Source: Vicugna vicugna (Eukaryota). Taken from it: 64,000 nt of DNA. A program made the position numbers and the translations under genes. The stretch covers positions 4,634,793 to 4,698,792 of the forward strand of contig MU058423.1 in assembly GCA_013265495.1 (NCBI GenBank). The letters run 5' to 3'. This document shows positions 49,520 through 60,850 of this stretch, one piece after another; the stretch's first letter is position 1; each line of letters begins with the position of its first letter. A model generated the notes under the pieces. That model saw nothing but the letters and a program-made list of their open reading frames with translations. It had not been told where the DNA came from and ran no database searches.

Positions 49520-49976
49520 CATGCTTAACTGCCACCTTCACCGCCGCCTTCTTCCAAGATCCCCTCCCTCTGCATTGCAGAGAAGAAGCTGGGGACTATG
49601 TTTCCCAGCAGCCCCTCCCTGTATAGATCCAGGATGCAGTCTGCTAACGAGAGGCCTTCATGCAGGAACTGAAATGCTGAAGAAAAGTAGAAGCCATCCT
49701 TTCTCAGAAAAAGTTGCAGCCAAATGCCTGGGCAGAAAGCTGACATAAAGTATAGAACAGCTTACAAGGATCTTAACAATCATCTACCACAGTATGCAGA
49801 CTGAGGGCGTTAGTGGGAGCCCTCGAGGTTGGCAGCCATTTCCAGATGCCTTCCTTGACCTTTGCCTGAGCTTTGCAGTGGTTCTCTAAGATTCCAGTTC
49901 CCCATATTAAAACCCTCTGTACTTAGAACACAGACTTAGACTGGCTTCTTTTTCGTGATGACACCTAACAGATACA
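49520..49976 (+). mobile_element. ERVL-class solo LTR (LTR16-like)
   Basis: AGCTGGGGACTATGTTTCCCAG..., ATTAAA near 49906 and a terminal CTAACAGATACA. Confidence 0.5.
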
Positions 49977-50079
49977 GTCATTTTTAGAAAATTATTTGTT
50001 CCTTGCTCATTACATCTACTTTGTCATAAATAACATCGCAGCAGTGACAATTGTACTAGTTCCTAGAATTAATGACACT

Positions 50080-50340
50080 GAGTAGAGAATGGTGGGTAAG
50101 AATGTAATCTGTGAAACAAGCAAGGTTCCCAGGGTTCAATAACCCATCTCAGCAATGTTCAGGCAATGCCATCTTGGGAAGATCCTTAACCCAGTGAGCT
50201 TCATCTCCTCCACCTGCAAAATGGGGATAATAATTGTACCTTTCTTAGAAGGTTACCTGAGAATTAAAAGTTATTACAGGGAAGTTTTTATACAAATCTT
50301 TGGCACAAAGTAAACTTTCAGTTAGTGTTAACTATCCACA
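50080..50340 (+). mobile_element. MIR SINE
   Basis: CTTGGGAAGATCCTTAACC...CTCCACCTGCAAAATGGGGATAATAATTGTACCT...TGAGAATTAAA. Confidence 0.75.
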
Positions 50341-50359
50341 TTGTTATTTATTCTTTAAA

Positions 50360-50600
50360 ATTTCTCTGATATGTCTTAAAGGCTCCCACGGAGGCTAGTC
50401 ACCTTCTTCATTTTGCTCCTAGAGTCTTTTTGGCACTTACGCCATTATTTCTGTTACACCTGTTTATACATTTGTCTCCTCTTCTACTCTGTGAGTGCAC
50501 GGAGGGGCAGGAGCTGAATTGGACTCACCTTTACGTCCCCAGTGCTAGCACATGGCTGGGTACGGAATTGGCGCTCAAAAAATATTTTTGTGAGTATGTG
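50360..50600 (+). mobile_element. LINE-2 3' end
   Basis: CTCTGTGAGTGCACGGAGGGGCAGGAGC...TCCCCAGTGCTAGCACATGGCTGGGTAC...GCGCTCAAAAAATATTT. Confidence 0.7.
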
Positions 50601-51319
50601 CCATAGAATACGCAGTAATTTAAAAATCCTTCTGATATTGCCAGACTGTATTGAGATGCCACAAATAAGCTGGTTTCCTTTTTTCTCCTTGTCAAAGATG
50701 TAGATTTCTCATTTTATATTTGAAAGGAATTTTTTTTTAACATTTTGACTTTGTGTATTTCTTTGTTATATTATGAAAAGCTGGGAAGAATAAGGGTGAG
50801 CTAGGAAAGAATTAAGAAGGAGACAGAAAAGAAGGTGGTTAGAAAACCAGGAGGTAGGGAGGAGAAGGAAGTCCAAGTATTATGTTCTCTCCAGGGAGAG
50901 TTTTTGCTTTATGCTCAGTTGAGCTGTTGCATTATGTTAGTACACAAACCAGTGCAGAAGTTCAGGGCAGCCATATATTACTAGCAAATAAGAAATAACT
51001 ATGCATCTCAATTGTAAAGACTACGAAAGAGAGATTTTACATCACTGGTAGCATTCAAACTGGAGCCGAATGACCGTGCATCAGTAATATTTTGGAAGAT
51101 TTGGTCTAGATCCAATAGTGTCCACACTGTGCTCCTCAGTGGAGTTCCTTGTGGTCCTCAGGAGCCACGGAGGAGGGGGCGCAGCCAAGTGTTTCTTCCT
51201 TCCTGTTGATTGCAACAGTTCTACTTTTATTAGTTTTACGTATTGAGGTTCCAAGTAAAGAAGTGAAAAAAGGCTTCCAGTGATTTAACAACATTTGGAA
51301 ACTGCTCGTCTATATTTCA

Positions 51320-51490
51320 TTGCATCTCAAACTTGGCTGTGCACCAGAATCCTCTGGGGAGCATCATAAAAGTACTAATTTCTGAGTATTTTTCCGTACC
51401 TATTAAATCGGAATCTGTGGGGCTGAGTTGTAATATCTGTGTTTTTACCAGGCTCCCAGGCAAGTTTTATTCAGCTGGCCTTTTGGAACT
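51320..51490. mobile_element. MER5A-like hAT fragment
   Basis: TCTCAAACTTGGCTGTGCACCAGAATCCTCTGGGGAGC...AATCGGAATCTGTGGGG...GCTCCCAGG. Confidence 0.6.
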
Positions 51491-51889
51491 AATGACCTCC
51501 AAGTTTTTTTTCCAAGTTTTAAGACTCTATAATTATTTTTAAGTTCAGTTAGAGTTATAGGTAGAAAAAAAAATCACAGCCATAGACAGATTCTGCTTCC
51601 ATATTTGTGGATTATCAGGAGGACCGGGTCATTAAATGGACGTCTGACAGTAACAGTAGCCTAAACTTGGTTCATGAGACACAAAAAAAACTGGTTAGTG
51701 AAAACAAAATATTTATTTCTTGAGTAACTATAGAAATGGCTAAGCAGTAGGTAACCCTTATATGTAGTATATTTAGAATAATGAAAAGGAAAAAAACCTA
51801 AATAAGGGAGAAGGGAACAAACTTTTACAGAGAAAAACTCACAGGGGCCCAACACGCTGTTAGATTCTAAACGATCTGAACGATACAAA

Positions 51890-52075
51890 CCCTCATTTAT
51901 GCCTCAGAACAACTATATGAGGTAAATGATATTATTATGTTCATTTTAGAGATAGGGAAACTGAGGTTTAGGAAGGGTCACTGATTTACCTAATGCTGCA
52001 AAGTTAACACACATTAATGTCAGTATTAGAATTTATATTTTCTCTCTTCAAAAATCAATGTTCTTCCAAACATAC
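51890..52075 (-). mobile_element. MIR SINE
   Basis: CTCATTTATGCCTCAGAACAACTATATGAGGTA...CATTTTAGAGATAGGGAAACTGAGGTTTAG. Confidence 0.75.
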
Positions 52076-52188
52076 TGCCCTGACCCAGGGTAAGAAATTA
52101 GGAGTTGCGACTTTCTAGGTGATTAATTTCAGGGGGTGTAATGAATGTTGGAGACAGGCACAGAATCCATACTGTCTCTCTGTCTCTG

Positions 52189-52189
<1 letters not shown>

Positions 52190-52223
<34 letters not shown>
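52190..52223. repeat. (CA)17 microsatellite
   Basis: Read directly from the sequence. Confidence 0.95.
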
Positions 52224-52227
<4 letters not shown>

Positions 52228-52671
52228 CACACTCACACTCCCCTACCTCTCATAGACATGAAAACCAGGAGAAAGAGGAACAAAGCAAAAAGGAGGTGAG
52301 TGAACCTACCAGCATCGATGTCTCTTTCATTTCAGCACCACAGATACCAAGAGGCTTGGAATTTCATCTGGGAAAGGGCAAGGGACTTGGGGTCAGAATC
52401 TCAGTCTCTGTACCGCTTGTGACTTCCCTTATGTCTGACATGGGGTAATAACACCACTGTCACAGGGAATGACAGGGATTAAATGAGGCTTTGTGCAGCA
52501 ATAGGGCATCCTCAGTGACAAGGGATTCTGGATCCTGTAGAAAGGAATGGATGTGCTGCACTATCTCCTGCTGTGAGGAAACCAGTCTAATCAAGGCAAA
52601 CCTGAGAGGCAGCAGATGATGCACGCAGTTTGCATGCCGAAGTCCGTACCGAGTGAGTATGGATGTATTCC

Positions 52672-53030
52672 ATCATTCATTCATTCATTCATTCCACGAG
52701 TACTCACTGAACCCCTTCTTCATCCACAGTCATTTTCTGGGCTGTGGGGAACATAGAAAGGGAAACTGGTCTTAAGAAGCTTACAATCTAACTGAGGAGA
52801 GATAAATAAATACAAGTAAAATTCAACTTAAGAAAATTTAAGATATGTACAAACTATTGAAAAAAGTAAGCTGACAGTGAGATCCAGGGGTCCTGGGGTC
52901 CTGAGAATACATAGAGGAGGGTGGCCAGAGAAGGTTTCCCTGAGGAAATATCATTTGAACTGAGAACTGAAGAATACAAAGGAGAGTCATGCAAGGTGAA
53001 AGAGAAAAACACTCGAGGCAGAGAAGGTGC
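52672..53030 (-). mobile_element. LINE-2 3' end
   Basis: (CATT)n tail, then AAGAAGCTTACAATCTA and GGTGGCCAGAGAAGGTTTCCCTGAGGAAATATCATTTGAACTGAGAACTGAAGAAT. Confidence 0.8.
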
Positions 53031-53579
53031 AAAAGCCCCCTTTCCTTCCACTTCAGTCCCTCCGCCCTGCCCCACCTCTAGCTCTCTGGAGGTGCGCAGC
53101 TCTGGTCACCTGGTCCCAGCATCCTGGAACTTGCCCTCTTGTCCACGTGTTGCATCGTGGGTACCAGAATATCACTGGCCACTTAAATCAACGGCCATGA
53201 TGCTCTTATTTGTGTTCTGTTCTTTCTGTATTCAAAACTACAGACTCCTTCTTTGAACTCCATTCTCATTTTTCTAACTAGATAATACCCCTGCAGATTC
53301 TGAGGAATGTACATTTTTTATATTTTGGGGGGCATGGTACCTGAAAATTTATGCAGTAAGTAAAATTTCACATCTAATTGTGGTATCCTGTCAAGACTGG
53401 AGTATGGCTGTGCAAGGCTGGATAGGAAAAGGCCTTTAATGTTGGGGTAATTCATTTGACCCTAAGGGTCTTGGGAGTTCCAGGGTTCCACAGGAGTATA
53501 GGCTAGTGACCTGCCAATTGTAAGAGCTACTAATAATTTCTGATGTTCACTTTGCGTCATCAAAGTCAGAATTTCCTGG

Positions 53580-53830
53580 AGGGGCATATATTCCGAGTTT
53601 TGTTTCAATGGCAGTTTTGTCAATAGTCAGCTGTTTATTGATGATGTGCTGCAGGGGTGGTCCGAGAGCCTGTCCTCATAAACATTCATCAATATCTTGA
53701 GTGAAGGAAAAGCAAATTAACTTCCGGTGTTCACTGAGGGTTCCAAATGTGATGTGGAGAATGGCATCAGAGAACCACATTGCACTTCCAATATCTATGA
53801 GAGGTTTATTCGGCAGTGAAAGTTAATAAT
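53580..53830 (+). mobile_element. CR1/L3-like reverse transcriptase fossil
   Basis: AATGGCAGT...GTGCTGCAGGGG...CCTGTCCTCATAAACATTCATCAATATCTTGAGTGAAGGA resembles the CR1 NGS...[23 protein letters not shown] motif, with frameshifts. Confidence 0.45.
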
Positions 53831-54649
53831 GATTCAGGGTTTATTCTCTTATGTCCCCCTTAGAGTATCTAGTAGAAACGTAACAGTAGCAGTATGTGTA
53901 ATATTTACATATCGATATGAAATGTCTAGAAGTGAGTTCAAAGTGGGAAGAACACAAAGAGCAAAGACTGGCCTCTCACCTACCTGCTCCCAGTCTCCCT
54001 CCTTGACCTGAATGGCAGGTTACCCTCCCCTCTGGAGGCCTGACGACAGGTAAATGGAGGCACGGCACGGTGTGGCTCTCGTATTTTATGTATTTGGGGG
54101 CAAGAATAGAGAGTAAGAAGATAACAGTAAGAAGGTGAGAGCAATATGACAGGGTTTCCTAGCAAGCGTTCGCAGTCTGGGGAAAATGCCTCCTTTTAAA
54201 GACACATCTGCATAAATAACACCTTCAACGGAGCTCCGAAAGGTTTTAGGGACCTAGGGGTTTTTAGGCGTATCTGCGGATTTCAGACATCTGTACTTGC
54301 CGTGAAACACAGAGCTGAAGTGAAGCTCAACTTTACCATGTGATAAGCCCTCATAACCGTGTTTGCATTTCATTTCTGTAAAATAAAATTCTCTTTGCTT
54401 TAATGGGCTTATTGCATTCATTCCTTTAACTCTAAGCTCCTCACTGTCATACTGGAAGAAGGAGCCATATAAATAATTAGAAATAAATATATTATTCTCT
54501 CCTCTCTTGAGAATAGACCATAGGGAACTAAAAAAGACATAGGGATAAAAATAAAATCAGTATTTGTCTAGGCTGTTGAACAGCACCTGTGATATATTTT
54601 TAGTTTGAGATTATTAATGAGGTAGCTCTAGCTCCATATTTAGTCACCA

Positions 54650-54950
54650 TTTATTCACTTGTTGGTAATCATTAAACACTTAATAGTATCCCAGACATGG
54701 TGTTAAATCCTAGAGCTGTAACAGTCAGCAAGATAAACAGTTTCTTCTTAGAGTTTATAACTGAGTGACGGAGACAGAAAATTAGAGAAGCATTGCAAAT
54801 GGAATATAAATGCTACGATGGAGAAGTACGTTTTCCTCTAACCAGGGTCGGGGTGGAGTCAAGGGGGGATCCCAGAAGAAGGATGTTCAACTTGGCCCTT
54901 GAAGGATGGGACGCAGTGAGCAGGAGAAAAGGAAGGGATGTAAGACCGTG
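54650..54950 (-). mobile_element. LINE-2 3' fragment
   Basis: TTAAACACTTAATAGTATCCCAGACATGGTGTTAAATCCTAGAG...CTTGAAGGATGG. Confidence 0.55.
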
Positions 54951-54974
54951 GAGTTATTTCAGTAAGTGCGAGGT

Positions 54975-54979
54975 TATAC

Positions 54980-55010
<31 letters not shown>

Positions 55011-55028
55011 TGTGCACGTGTGTGCATG
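54975..55028. repeat. Alternating purine-pyrimidine tract with a (TG)10(CG)4 core
   Basis: 54 nt of uninterrupted pyrimidine-purine alternation. Confidence 0.92.
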
Positions 55029-55304
55029 GTTTGTATACGCTGCTGCGACTATTTCTGGGACTTCAGAAGCCACTGTTATTAAGAATCTGAGATTCGGCAA
55101 GGGCAACTCTGCTTGGGAAAATAGTTTATAGGCTTTGTTTTCTTGTTCTGGTGATTGTCCTCTGGGACGGTGGCTTTTTAAAAAATCTTGACCCACTGTA
55201 AGAAATACGTTTACTTCATGATCAAGTGCACATATATATGAAATAAATGTTTCCTAAAACGATGGCTACCTCATTGAAGTGTGAGGCACTCATACTTTCT
55301 TATC

Positions 55305-55675
55305 TTTTACTTTTTTATTGTGATAAAAATACATGCCATGAAAGTGTAGCGTTTTTAAGTGTGCAGTTCAGTAGCATCACATACATTTATGTTCTTGGAC
55401 AACCACCAACACTCTCCACGTCTAGAACTTTCTTCATCTTCCCAGACTGAAACTTATTTACCCGTTAAACACAGCTCTCCATTTTCCCACCCTGCAGACC
55501 CTGGCAACCACTGTTCTACTTTCTGTCTCTATGCATTTACCTGTCTAGTACCTCATATGAGTAGAATCCTGTAATATTCGTCCTTTTGTGCCTAGCTTAT
55601 TCCAAATAGTGTAATGTCTTCAGGGTTCATCCATGTTGTAGCTTGTGTGAGAATTTTCTTTCTTTTTAAGGTTGT
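55305..55675 (-). mobile_element. LINE-1 3' end (L1MB-like)
   Basis: TTTTTATTGTGATAAAATAC...CCCTGGCAACCACTGTTCTACTTTCTGTCTCTATG...GGTTCATCCATGTTGTAGC. Confidence 0.85.
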
Positions 55676-56264
55676 CTCCAATTATAAAAGTTAGTGTCCA
55701 CATACTTTACATATACAAACTCATTTTTTTTTTCTATTCTATTCTAAAAAGGCAGGTTTATATCTACTAACTTTTTCTTGTCTTACCTGTGGATCAAAAT
55801 TTACAGATCCCTGATCAATGGCATGTCGTGAAGTTAAGTCTGAGTTAACTTAAACACAAGACACAGATTCAGGGAGAACGTGGGATGAAGAAAAATAAAG
55901 GCACGCAAAGTGGAACCTGTTGGTATGTGTGCATATTGTATGCACTCTCCTTAGAGCTTGTGTGAGAGACAGTACTATGCACTCATCAAGCCCGCTTCCT
56001 TTTCTTCCTGGAAAACCACTAGCCTTCAGTCTCCAGGCCTTCTCTGTCCAGCTGTGACCCATGACTAGCTCTAGCCAATGGGATGTGAGAGGAAGAGGCA
56101 GAGGAAGTGACAGCTCTAAACCGTGGTGGCTAAGAGCCTGTGTGCCTTTTGCAGTCTTTTGTTTGGCTGTTATCACTGGACCAAACACATAGGCTCCAGG
56201 GGAAGAATCTGAGGTCTTGGTGGACAATATTTCTCCTACACAGAGAGGCCTGGAGATGGGTAGC

Positions 56265-56590
56265 ATAATGTTCCTTATAGCTATTATGTAGATGAGAAAA
56301 ATGAGACTAGAGTGTAAATAACTGGCCCAAGGTCACACAGTTGCTAGGTGTTGGGGCCCAGTTTCAGACCCAGCTGGCTGGTTCCTGGGTCTTCGGTCTT
56401 CACCGCTGGGCTCTGCCGCTTGGCTCTGAGCAGCATTAGCTCATTTAATTTTCACAGCAATTGCTTGAGATGTTGTCTCCATCACATAGGTGAGGAAATT
56501 GAATTTGAGGAAGGATACGCCTTTTCTAAGTTCCAGAATTCGCATTTGAGTCCAAGTTTGTAAGACTCCAGAGCTCTTTTTAATATGACA
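56265..56590 (-). mobile_element. Two adjacent MIR fragments
   Basis: AGATGAGAAAAATGAGAC...TAACTGGCCCAAGGTCACACAG and CTCATTTAATTTTCACAGCAA...ATAGGTGAGGAAATTGA. Confidence 0.7.
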
Positions 56591-56689
56591 TATTTTTTGC
56601 AACATGGCATATGAAGTAGATAAAAGGTACATGGAATTTGGGAGAACAGAGGAAGCCACAGGAGTGGGAGTTACAGGGAAGCCAATTTG

Positions 56690-56892
56690 GGCTTAAAGAT
56701 GGAAGATTTTTCTAATGATTTGATCTGTCCAACGATGGAGTGCGGCTGCCTCGTGAGGCGGTGACTCCCCATCACAGGCTGCAGCCGAGGCTGGATGAGT
56801 CTTTGAGACAGACGTTTTAAAGATGATGACTGTCGGTGCTATGTGTCTTACTCGTGATCTCTAAAATGCCTTTGAAGTCTGAAATTCGGTAA
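56690..56892 (+). mobile_element. L3/CR1 3' end
   Basis: CTGTCCAACGATGGAGTGCGGCTGCCTCGTGAGGCGGTGACTCCCCATCAC...GAGGCTGGATGA...GATCTCTAAAATGCCTTT...CTGAAATTC. Confidence 0.65.
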
Positions 56893-57714
56893 TGGAGGCC
56901 TATTTGAATGTCAGAACTTGAGATTCTAGCATGGCAAAGGCTGTGCTGCAGAGCCACATGGAAAGTGACAATCTACGGAACCTGAATGTGGCAAGTTAGA
57001 CGGATTTAATAATTAACGGTCCATAAACTCCATTATCTGCTTGATACTGTTAGAATTAGGTGCCAGGCTCAGATGCGGACTTGATCGCTGCTGTAGACCT
57101 CTGTTCTAATTAGCAGGCATGTAAATCTGGTTGTGAACCTGGGATGTTGCTGAAGGCAAGGGAAACAATCTCAAAGAGACGTGACAGAAGAAGCACAGAT
57201 GTAAATGTTTTATGGCCAGGGAGGCCATTTCCTTGCCCCGCCTCCGTCTGGAGACTTGAAGTCCTGAGACACATCCACTCGGCTTCAAGGAGGCTGCCTG
57301 ACCCTGACCAGCCGCTTCATCGTTTAATGTATTCATTATGTCTGAGGTCGGCTTTAATTTTTCAGGTCCTCGTCTCGATGCCTGGGGATAAGTGCATAAA
57401 AAGCCTATCATCAAAACATTATGCCCTCAGCTCCACAAGTCTTCTGGTATCCTCTTCAGGAGTTCAGAAACACAGACAAAATGCAAGTCACATTTTACAT
57501 CCAACGTGGGATAATTTCTTTCCTCTGCTTTACAGTAGGTGCCAAATCTGATTCCTGTGACAATTCATATTGTACAAAGTGAAAGGAAGCTTTCAGCCTG
57601 TTCTTTTTTCCTTCCTTCCATATGGCTGATTGATTCATCTCATACTACAAACTCTTTTTCTTACTAAAATGTGATCTCTGGTGCTTTAAATGAATATATC
57701 ATTGCTTAAATGGT

Positions 57715-57875
57715 GCGGTGTGGCAGAGTGTTTCCATTTCAAAGCACAAGCTACAGCATTGGAGAGAACTGGGAGTGAAATACAGCCCTACTTATTAGCT
57801 ACGAAACATGGAGCAAGTCCCTTAACTTCTCTGGGCCTCCGTTACCTTAATGGCAGAGTCAGGGTGACTCTGAAG
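57715..57875 (+). mobile_element. MIR SINE
   Basis: CAGCCCTACTTATTAGCT...GCAAGTCCCTTAACTTCTCTGGGCCTCCGTT. Confidence 0.65.
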
Positions 57876-57939
57876 CTGCAAATTCCTACCTTTATCCAAG
57901 AGTCTTTACATTTCTGGATTATTTTATGTGTCATCTTTT

Positions 57940-58165
57940 CATTTGGCAACCAGTATTCATTTCCCTACTTCCTCGTGCCAGGCACAGTGTTAGGCACCGG
58001 GGGAACAGCGGTGAGTGAGACAGCCTGATCTCTGCTGTTGTGGAACATGGAATGTGCAAGGAAGTATAAGTTAAATAGCCAATTACCCAGTTTATTGCTT
58101 AATTACAACTGTGAATAGTACCTTGAAAGAAAAGAATGGGGGCTGGAAAGAGTGACTGATAAAAA
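57940..58165 (-). mobile_element. LINE-2 3' end
   Basis: CCTACTTCCTCGTGCCAGGCACAGTGTTAGGCACCGGGGGAACAGCGGTGAG. Confidence 0.7.
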
Positions 58166-58166
58166 C

Positions 58167-58640
58167 TTAGGGGATGAAAAATGCTCCTCTACCCTCCTTG
58201 GGTCTCTGGCTGGACCTAAAAATTAAACTGACATAAAACAGATTAACAGGAGAAAGGCCTACAAGTATTGTCAAATTTTTACATGTGTATGGGAGTCTTG
58301 AGAAGAGAATGAAGATCGACAGAAATGACCTGAATGGGAAACATTTATACTTTTTAAACAAAGAAACAACACATCTGCGAAGAGTTGACAAGACAAAGGG
58401 GTTAGGGCTGGGGCAGCAAGTGGTGTAGAGGTAGTAGCGTGATAAGGGTGAGCGTAACAAGCTTTGTGCGATTTCTCAGCTCCGAGCTCCCTGTATTAAG
58501 AATGTTCTCCCTCTTCCTGGGACAGGGAGGGGGCCTCTCCCCCGGGAGTTTTATCTCCTGCTTTTCGGAAGAGAAAAGAGTGTCAGAACGTCCTTCTTGC
58601 ACCTCCTGTTTCTTAAGTGTCTGATTGAAAATAAAGAAAC
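58167..58640 (-). mobile_element. ERV1-class solo LTR fragment
   Basis: CTCTACCCTCCTTGGGTCTCTGGCTGGACCTAAAAATTAAACTGACATAAAACAGATTAACAGGAGAAA...TTTTATCTCCTGCTTTTCGG, typical of laurasiatherian ERV1 LTRs; family not assigned. Confidence 0.65.
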
Positions 58641-59479
58641 ACGACCTCTTCTCGGGGACTGGAGAAGACTCGTCTGAGAAAATGACATGTAAACTAACTT
58701 CTCTCCTTCCATCCTTTCTTCCTTCCTTCACATACGTATTACTTACTCAACAAGTATTTACTAAATGCTGATTGAACCCCAGGCTCTCTCATAGGTTTTA
58801 GGGAAATTTGGGGGGGAGGATGGACAGAATTCTCACAGAGTTTAAAATCTAATGATTTTTTTTTCCAACTTCATTCTCAGTGCAAAATATGCTACTGGAG
58901 ACTGAGGAGAATTTGTTATAAGACAATAAAATGAAGAAGGCACTTTGAGGTGAAAGTACTGGCACTCATTTTATAGGAGAGAAGAAAAACAGGAAAGAAA
59001 TATAAAGTAAGTTAAAGTAAAGCTTTGGCTGAGAGGAATATGGAGAAGAAAAATTTATGTGTTAAACTCGGTAATTTGTCTGGGGAACTTAGTTTGATGC
59101 CAGAATGAGTTCTGATGAGAATATTACTGAGAGCTGTTACTCAGCTCTGATTTGGTTGGGTGCTTATTCCTTCTAGAATAAATGGTGATATTGTTCACTA
59201 GCTTGTGGGCTCAGTGACAAAGCAGAGAAAGCTACCTAATCTGTGAATTTTGCTGTCAAATTCAGATAACACTCTAATACCTACCTCAAAAATCAGGAAT
59301 ATTTATCCTCATTGTGGGCATTCTTTCTTCCTAATGTTGAGGAAAATTCATGCTGTAGTTTGCTGGTTGCACTCCATCAACACGTAAATGTGACCAGGGA
59401 ATCCATACGTACAGATACAATGAACATTGACCTGCCTACCCACATCAAATGGGTGTCATAGACAGGATGTTCAGTTTAT

Positions 59480-59780
59480 CAGCAAGGTTGTCAGTTTTGC
59501 TGCTGAATCTCAAGTAGCCACCCTTCTCTCCATCACCACCTTTTCTAAGTCACAGTCACCTCCAGCCTGGAATAATGACAGCAGCTTCCCAAGTGGTCTG
59601 CTTTCTGTTCATTCCGATACCCCCTCCACCCCCTTCACACTGCAGGCAGAATGACCTTTTCAAAAATGCAGATCTGATCAGGCCACTTCCTGCTTATCAT
59701 CTTCATGATTATGACAGAATTTCTCTACGGCTGTGACTGGTCTGACCCCTATCTACGTCCTTAGCCTCATTGTGGATGAG
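59480..59780 (+). mobile_element. LINE-2 fragment
   Basis: CCCTTCTCTCCATCACCACC...GCAGAATGACCTTTTCAAAAATGCAGATCTGATCAGGCCACTTCCTGCTTA. Confidence 0.7.
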
Positions 59781-60304
59781 GTGGTTCCTGACTTTTGGTA
59801 CCCTAAACACAGTGACTCATTTTCAGGCTTCCTCTCACTGTAAGCCTTTGCACACACACACCCTTATTTCCTCTTTCTAGAAAGACAGGGGGCCTATTCA
59901 TGAGCCGCCATTTCATCCCCTTGTCCTTGTGAGGCATCTGCCTGGCAAAATACCAACCTGAGGTCATCTGTTCTTGGTGCCAGAGAAAAATCATAGAGTG
60001 AGTTGGAATAGTTTAAGACCACAGAATCCATTTGCCAGAAGAATGATTTCAAACCTTCATGATTATTTTCAAGCTGCCTTCTCACCACCCTGCCATGAAC
60101 TCATAAAAAATCTCTATTCTTACCCTACCAACAAAACAAAAGTTACCAGGATCAAGTTTTCAACCTTCTTTACCAACTTCCTGCCTCACTTCCCTTCACA
60201 AATTGCCTTTCCAAGCTTCGCTCACTTCTTCCCTCCTGAGATGTCTGAGGGTAACCCTGCTGCCTGTGTCGCATCCTTCTCCTCCTGTCTCCTCAGAGAC
60301 ACCA

Positions 60305-60850
60305 CTTTATCTGTTAGCCTATTTGACGATCATCATGGTGAAGGGTATGAGGCGTTACTGTGGTTTTTGATTTGCGTTTCCCTGTTGGTTAATGATGTTG
60401 AGCATCTTTTCATGTGCCTGTTGGCCATCTGTGTGTCTTCTTTGGAAAAATGTCTACTCAGGTCCTTTGCCCACTTTAATCAGATTGTTTTGTTGATGTT
60501 GAGTTCTATGGGTTCTTTGTATATTTTGAATATTAACCCTTTATAAAATGTATCATTTGCAAACATCTTCTCTCCATTTATTTAGATGTATCATTTCTCT
60601 CAGCAATTTTTTCACTTTTAGCATAATGTTCTTATATATATTTAATTAAATTCAACCCTAGATATTATGTTTCTGATGTCAATTTGACATCGACATATTT
60701 ATATAGCACTTTTTAATTTCAATGTTTAATTATTCATTATTGCTAGCATAAAGAAATACAATTGATTTTTCTATAGTGGTTTTGTATCTTCTTTTCTTGC
60801 TAAATTCACTTTTAGTTCTAGTAGCGGTTTTGTAGATTCTTACCGTCTAC
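60305..60850 (-). mobile_element. LINE-1 ORF2 fragments
   Basis: TGTGGTTTTTGATTTGCGTTTCCCTG...GATGTTGAGCATCTTTTCATGTGCCTGTTGGCCATCTG...TTTGCAAACATCTTCTC. Confidence 0.85.

Noticed and set aside
59974..60546. Longest ORF in the window (190 aa)
   Set aside because: Non-ATG start; the C-terminal part ([30 protein letters not shown]) is the familiar antisense translation of L1 ORF2, and the rest resembles no known protein.
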